A stretch of DNA of 63,932 bases, filler included, from Aduncisulcus paluster (taxonomy: Eukaryota): the NCBI GenBank assembly GCA_024181965.1. It is 5 parts of 5 records of this genome, joined end to end, with 100 filler letters (N's around TTAATTAATTAA, not from the genome) between each part and the next. Parts side by side here need not be neighbours in the genome. Positions count along the whole stretch, not along the records: positions 57,681 to 63,932 come from BQXS01010919.1; 4 more parts are not named here. One strand, 5' to 3'. The translations under genes and the position numbers were made by a program. A model generated the notes under the pieces. The model saw only the letters and a program-made list of their open reading frames with translations. It searched no databases and was not told the origin of the DNA. Below are positions 58,760 through 63,932 of this stretch, in pieces. The first letter of the stretch is position 1, and each line of letters opens with the position of its first letter.

Positions 58760-60403
58760 TTATTTAAAAGGATAAAAGAAATCATCGGGCAGACTAATTG
58801 TGATCTTCTTTGGTGGTGGTAAAACAGAATACAAAACATCATTATCCATAAATTCCCATTCAACACCGATGTGTAATGGGACTGAACTTGTTCCAGTTTC
58901 AACACGTTCGACGTAGCCACGACCGCCTGTTCCAGCATATTCATAAACAATATTACATCCAATGATACTAAATTGAGGATTTCCAACAGCTCCTACTGGA
59001 CTTACAACGAAATATATAATCGCACCAACTGGAACGTCATAACAGAATGGATTTGATCCAATAGTCACTTCACTTGGGGTGGAAAGGTCATCAATATCAA
59101 TAGAAATCCAGGTTGTGTCCGAATATATATCAAAGTCGGCGTTTCCATACATTCCAATGAACATATCATCTGTTGAAGATATAGATAACATCGATAACAA
59201 AGCAGAGTTAAGTGAGGATTGCATAGTTGTACATGAATCAATATCTTCAAGCGATATACTGCTTGTTATTGATGTATTGACACCGAATTTAATGGGTTCT
59301 AGTGTAGAATAGCCACCTGAAGAAGGGCTTGACATGGTGAAGAGGAACGGATCACCAGAATATGGAGATATTACGGTAGAACTTCCGGAAGTGGTCTTAA
59401 TCCCAGCTCTAATTGGATATCCAACCAAATAACCAGGATTCCCCCCTATAATAGTGGTGGAAAGAGAAGAATAGTCGAGGACAAGGGAAGAAGAATCATA
59501 ACTATCTGAACTAACAAATCTAACACTGCCAATAACCTTAACGGGTCCATATTCAAATTCCATGAAGGACAATGATATATACACACTTGATATAACATAA
59601 TTACTGTCATCTACATCACTGACTATGGTTACATCAATATTAGAGAGGATCGGAGAGCATTCTGTACCTGTGTCCAATGGAGATGTAAGATCTCCTTCAG
59701 CTATCGTAGTTTGGTTCCCATATTCATCAATAAAGACCATGGATATGGTGGGAGTGATGTATGTTGAACTATTGGGGGATTCTTTGAAATATATTGAGGA
59801 GTACCAATCTTCCATCCGTAACGATTGGTTGGTTGTGCAATTTGCTGCAGAAACATGCGTAAGACCACCAGAAATAGTATCGTGGCCAAATAGAACCATT
59901 GGACCTGCTGAAGGGGAAACTTTCCCACGAATATCCCTGCCTGGCATTCTAAACGAACCAATAAATCCAGAGGAAGTGCTAATAATGATATTATCTTCAG
60001 TGGTATATCCTGAATCAGAGGATGAATATGGTTCAGTGGCAATGTATTGATATGATGAAATATTGTTCAGAATAGATAACATGGATGAAATAGGATCATT
60101 TGTAGTATAATAATCTAACGACGAGGGAACATTCTTGGCAACAGCACAGACTTCATCGCCCCAAAAAAACTTGGCGCACATCTGTTCGCTGTCCCAGACA
60201 TCTGAATTATCTACAGACGTAAAGGCAAGCTCAATAAACTCTTCTGAGCATGTATCATCACATGGACAATTGTAATTACATGTTGGAAGGATGTTACAGA
60301 CACATATACCAATATCCTGATTAATTTGATCAGCAAAAGCAAATGAACATATATATATTAATATTAAAACTGCAAAATTTGAAAAATAAGTTAACTTGAT
60401 CAT
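58760..60403 (-). CDS. TCTN: Tectonic-family ciliary transition-zone protein
   Basis: Signal peptide; CVCNILPTCNYNCPCDDTC; GNPGYLVGYPIRAG; GNPQFSIIG; LPDDFFYPF C-terminus. Confidence 0.88.
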   Translation of the reverse strand: MIKLTYFSNFAVLILIYICSFAFADQINQDIGICVCNILPTCNYNCPCDDTCSEEFIELAFTSVDNSDVWDSEQMCAKFFWGDEVCAVAKNVPSSLDYYTTNDPISSMLSILNNISSYQYIATEPYSSSDSGYTTEDNIIISTSSGFIGSFRMPGRDIRGKVSPSAGPMVLFGHDTISGGLTHVSAANCTTNQSLRMEDWYSSIYFKESPNSSTYITPTISMVFIDEYGNQTTIAEGDLTSPLDTGTECSPILSNIDVTIVSDVDDSNYVISSVYISLSFMEFEYGPVKVIGSVRFVSSDSYDSSSLVLDYSSLSTTIIGGNPGYLVGYPIRAGIKTTSGSSTVISPYSGDPFLFTMSSPSSGGYSTLEPIKFGVNTSITSSISLEDIDSCTTMQSSLNSALLSMLSISSTDDMFIGMYGNADFDIYSDTTWISIDIDDLSTPSEVTIGSNPFCYDVPVGAIIYFVVSPVGAVGNPQFSIIGCNIVYEYAGTGGRGYVERVETGTSSVPLHIGVEWEFMDNDVLYSVLPPPKKITISLPDDFFYPFK

Positions 60404-60699
60404 TTCGTGTTTCAAAACCATCGATTCCAACAACATTCATTCCATAGCATTCAAATTAATGTAAATCAAAAATTTAACAGAGGATCAAACCCATAAAGAA
60501 AACATATTTTTTAAAATATCTAAAAATGTTTTCTGATACAATCCCCAACACGATTTGTGGAATGCGATATTTTGGGACCGATTTGTGCACGTATTGCCTT
60601 TATCATTATCTTTTACTGGGCTCTTTAAATATACGATTGTTTTTTGCATTATTTTTGAATATTTGAAAATCATTAAACAGCGTAATCTTCAAGATAATC

Positions 60700-60969
60700 A
60701 TGGCCTATCATTCTGAACGAGGAAAGAGATCTCAAAAAGGAAAATCTCGCCGTAGAAGTGTTTCTTTTTCCAATCCAGAAAGTTTTGAAATTGAATCTGC
60801 ACAAAGTAAGGTGATCCTTGATCGTCAGGAAAAAACTTCCATTCATCGCGATCGAAAACAATTCGTTGTTGAATCCATTCTGACAGTTTCTTTAATTATC
60901 GTAGCTATTGTTGTTCTTTATTATCTTATAAAGACAGAAGCAGAATACGATCCCGTAGCTTATTTTTGA
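60700..60969 (+). CDS. Small protein with basic N-terminus and one C-terminal transmembrane helix
   Basis: 89-aa ATG ORF; ILTVSLIIVAIVVLYYLI. Confidence 0.6.
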   Translation: MAYHSERGKRSQKGKSRRRSVSFSNPESFEIESAQSKVILDRQEKTSIHRDRKQFVVESILTVSLIIVAIVVLYYLIKTEAEYDPVAYF

Positions 60970-61402
60970 AATTTATTTTTTGCTTCCTGTAAAATATAAA
61001 ACTATTTATATTTTTGACCATCTATATTCTTATTTTATTCTTTGTTTTATAATTTTCATTAGTTAAACGAGATTTTGCATATATTTTTTGGCAAATCTTC
61101 CAATTCCTTGTTATTTTCTTGATCTTTAGGGTCGTTTTTACGTCATTCTTCATTTTAAATTCTCAAAGAATGATGTTTATCTCATTTTTCTTCATAAGAA
61201 GAACTTGAATCTTGCTTGGATTCATTATCTCATTTTCAATAACATATTATTTCAATAAAATCGAAATCAATCATTTTTCATTCTCAAATTGATTTGATTC
61301 AAAATGGACGAAGAATACATCATAAATATCATAGCCACACTCGCTTAATACTTATACCCACTGAGGATATGTTCCACCAAACTTCTTATTCCACCAAACT
61401 TC

Positions 61403-62083
61403 TTATTCAAGAAGACGGAATAAATGTTCAATGGACTGCAACATGTCAACAGCAGTCATTTCTATGTCCTTGATATCAGTTTTATGGGTTTCAGACTGGA
61501 TAGAAACAGCTTTTTGGATACGGTCAAGCTCTTTCTGTTTTGTTGATATCGCAGACATCTCAATGAAAGCCTTTTCAGAGTCGATACGTTTTTTTCTGGT
61601 ATTTTGCATCATTTTCCCGATCTTTAACAAACCATCTCTGTGGATCCTATCCCTGAATGATTTTTTTACAATATCTCTTGAATGAAAATAGTCCTTTTTG
61701 AGGTCCCTTTTTTGCAGACCTTGAAGAGCTAAGGTAAGACGAAGGTCGTTGATGGCTTCATCGAGTTCAGTTAAGAAAGAACGAGCCTCGGGAACAGCTT
61801 TGGACTCCTCAGGAATAGAAGGCATTGACAGTGGTGGAAGGGGAATAGAACGAGAATCATGAACCTCGGTACCGGATTTCTCCTCAATATCCTTCTCAAG
61901 ATCAGCGATTGTTTCCAAAATAGAATCATCTCCAGAAATTGTCAATTTAGTTTCTGAATGTTCATGTACGGTCGTATACTCATGATCTAGTATATCACTT
62001 TTTTTGAAAATTTCATAAAAAAAAGAGTTTCTCGTTGAAGAACGACGCTTTCCAAGAACAAGATCTGTTAATCCATATTTCAT
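61403..62083 (-). CDS. Hypothetical coiled-coil protein
   Basis: 226-aa ATG ORF between AT-rich spacers. Confidence 0.65.
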   Translation of the reverse strand: MKYGLTDLVLGKRRSSTRNSFFYEIFKKSDILDHEYTTVHEHSETKLTISGDDSILETIADLEKDIEEKSGTEVHDSRSIPLPPLSMPSIPEESKAVPEARSFLTELDEAINDLRLTLALQGLQKRDLKKDYFHSRDIVKKSFRDRIHRDGLLKIGKMMQNTRKKRIDSEKAFIEMSAISTKQKELDRIQKAVSIQSETHKTDIKDIEMTAVDMLQSIEHLFRLLE

Positions 62084-62465
62084 TCGAATAAGGGAAAGAA
62101 TAAAAAATAATCGCTTTTTATGTTCTCTATATTCTGAAGAATCGATTGGATGTTTTCTAATTTGATAATATGTCTCTTGGGCTAAAAATACAGGAATCGA
62201 TGCTGATGAGGTATTTCCAACCGATATTATATGGTCTAGAAATATTTTTACGGTAAAAACATAAAAAATTTGGTGTCAAAAAAAAAAGAAAGGCTTGTAA
62301 ATGAAAAGACAAAACAAAAGGCGATAATAGGGTTAAAAAAAAATATTTAATCGTATAATTTAACTTACCTATGCATTTTTTATCAAAAATCTCTTGCATA
62401 TTCATTTCGAAAAACTCAATTATGCGAAGAAATTGTGAATTCATTATTGTGGCTTGTTTTGTCGT

Positions 62466-63817
62466 ATGAACATTGAGAAAGTTTTAGATAGTACGTTAAA
62501 TTTTACAATTTATTGATATCTTTTCTATTATATTGTATTTCATGCTTATTTAGCTATTTTAGCAACATCTGATGTTTTTAAAAGGATTTGCTCTGTCCCA
62601 GGGGTAAAACACCTTTCAAAAGAAACAGCAAAGGTTGGAGATGTATGTTTTTATCTAATTTACAATTATTATATCATCCAGAATATGTCAAAACTTATTT
62701 CTCATCATTTTTGCTTGAAACTATGGCTATAATGATTTATATATAATATTATATTCAATTTTGTCCTTTTTTTCGTGGTTTTTATTCCACTTTTATCCTG
62801 AAGAGTTATATTGATGGAGTATTACGAAATGTTATTTCCGCTGATCATTTCGCTGTTACTATTCTTCAACAAAAAGAAGAAATTCTATCTGACCAAAAAT
62901 ATGTTGACCACACAGCCGATAGGATATTTCAACTTTCAGAAAAAATTAAAGATTTTGTTGTAGCCGAGAATGTTCGATTTGGTTTCTCGTCAGCCTCAGA
63001 ACAAGCAGATATTGAACAAGACAAAGCAAAACCAGGTGAAGATGGTACCTTAGTGGGTCCTTCTTTGGAAGATTCTATTCTTCCTCGAGCAAAAGCCCTC
63101 ATTGATCGGGGCACAGATGTATCTGAGATTTTGTGTTCCTCTTTTGACGATCGGCAGATGACTCACAGAGATATGCTTTCAAGAACACGGCAGCAATATG
63201 CCCATCGACTTATCGAGGCCACGGATATATTGGGTGCTGCAATGAAGGAGGTTGCGGAAGCCCAGCTAAAGGTTCAAACTATGGAGCGAGAGAAAGAGGG
63301 CATAATTCGTGAATTGAGGATTAAAGAACAAATTGAAAGGGAAAAAAGGACAGAAAAATATGATTTGATAAAACATGAGAGGGAGAGACTGATTGAAATG
63401 GAATCCATTAAGAAAGCAGAATCCCTTCAGATTCAAACCGAAGAGCAGATTCAAACCGAAGAGCAGATTCAAACCGAAGAGCAGGCAGAAAAGATGATCA
63501 AGACAGAAGAGAGAGAGGAGGAGGAAGAGAAAGATGGGGTTGAGATTACAAAAAATATTATACGTATAGATACAAATGAATCTTCCGATATTGTAGATAA
63601 ATCTGAGTCAAAAGATCAATTCCAACAAGAAGAGGAAAAGAAAGAGGAACGAGAAGAAGAAAAAACAAAAGAAGAAACTCAGGAAGAGGAGAAGGAAGAG
63701 AAATCCGCTACTATTGACACTGTGAATGAAGTTGAAGAGAAGATCGAGGAAGAGAAGATTGAGGAAGAGAAGAAAGATGAGGTTATTAATGAAGGAAATA
63801 CGAGTGATGGTTTTTGA
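62466..63817 (+). CDS. Three-exon hypothetical coiled-coil/acidic protein (62466..62490, 62554..62642, 62804..63817)
   Basis: Removing two introns gives MNIEKVLDTILATSDVFKRICSVPGVKHLSKETAKVGD-SYIDGVLRN..., in frame with ORF 63053; IQTEEQ x3 (18-nt tandem, 63431..63484). Confidence 0.7.
62491..62553 (+). other. Spliceosomal intron, 63 nt, GTACGT donor
   Basis: Phase 1; an alternative in-frame acceptor ends at 62562. Confidence 0.65.
62643..62803 (+). other. Spliceosomal intron, 161 nt
   Basis: GTATGT donor, pyrimidine tract, AAG acceptor, phase 0. Confidence 0.7.
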
Positions 63818-63932
63818 ATTTAACTTCTTATCCATTCAATAGTCAAAGTAAACTGAGTTAATCAATAAAATCTTCATTTCGTATTATGCTAAAGTCACCA
63901 AATATTTATATCCTGAAATCTTTCCAATTATA

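Noticed and set aside
1..63932. CRISPR arrays, rRNA genes, transposase or reverse-transcriptase genes, alternative genetic code
   Set aside because: None seen; conserved genes translate fully with the standard code and end in TAA, TAG or TGA

Overview
This is eukaryotic genomic DNA: gene-dense, with AT-rich spacers and few introns. It comes from a flagellated protist. The gene content and two lineage-expanded repeat-protein families suggest a free-living fornicate such as Aduncisulcus or another Carpediemonas-like organism, but that assignment is inference. The window is five contigs or scaffolds joined by artificial 100-bp N44-TTAATTAATTAA-N44 spacers. It also has seven 20-N gaps with duplicated sequence, so adjacency across spacers is meaningless. 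Recognisable genes: a sirtuin with a long C-terminal extension, dynein light chain roadblock (missed by the ORF track), an Sfi1-like protein, a cytosolic carboxypeptidase (tubulin deglutamylase family), a WD40 protein, HSP90, a nucleoplasmin-like/FKBP-type protein, a protein kinase, importin-5, an ANTH protein, transportin, VPS35, an AMP-forming acyl/acetyl-CoA synthetase, an EGF-repeat surface protein, an LRR fragment, tectonic, and two identical tRNA-Ser(AGA) genes. I reconstructed eight short, 5'-biased GTAYGT...AG introns. The best leads are: (1) a highly base-paired, pseudoknotted and possibly two-state RNA element upstream of HSP90; (2) two +1 frame shifts, both at tandem AGA codons; (3) a palindrome pair and GC-rich structured island upstream of the acyl-CoA synthetase; (4) a possible recursive splice site; (5) a repeated AGTTACTCCG motif forming an inverted-repeat pair. 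None is proven, and assembly error is a live alternative for several.
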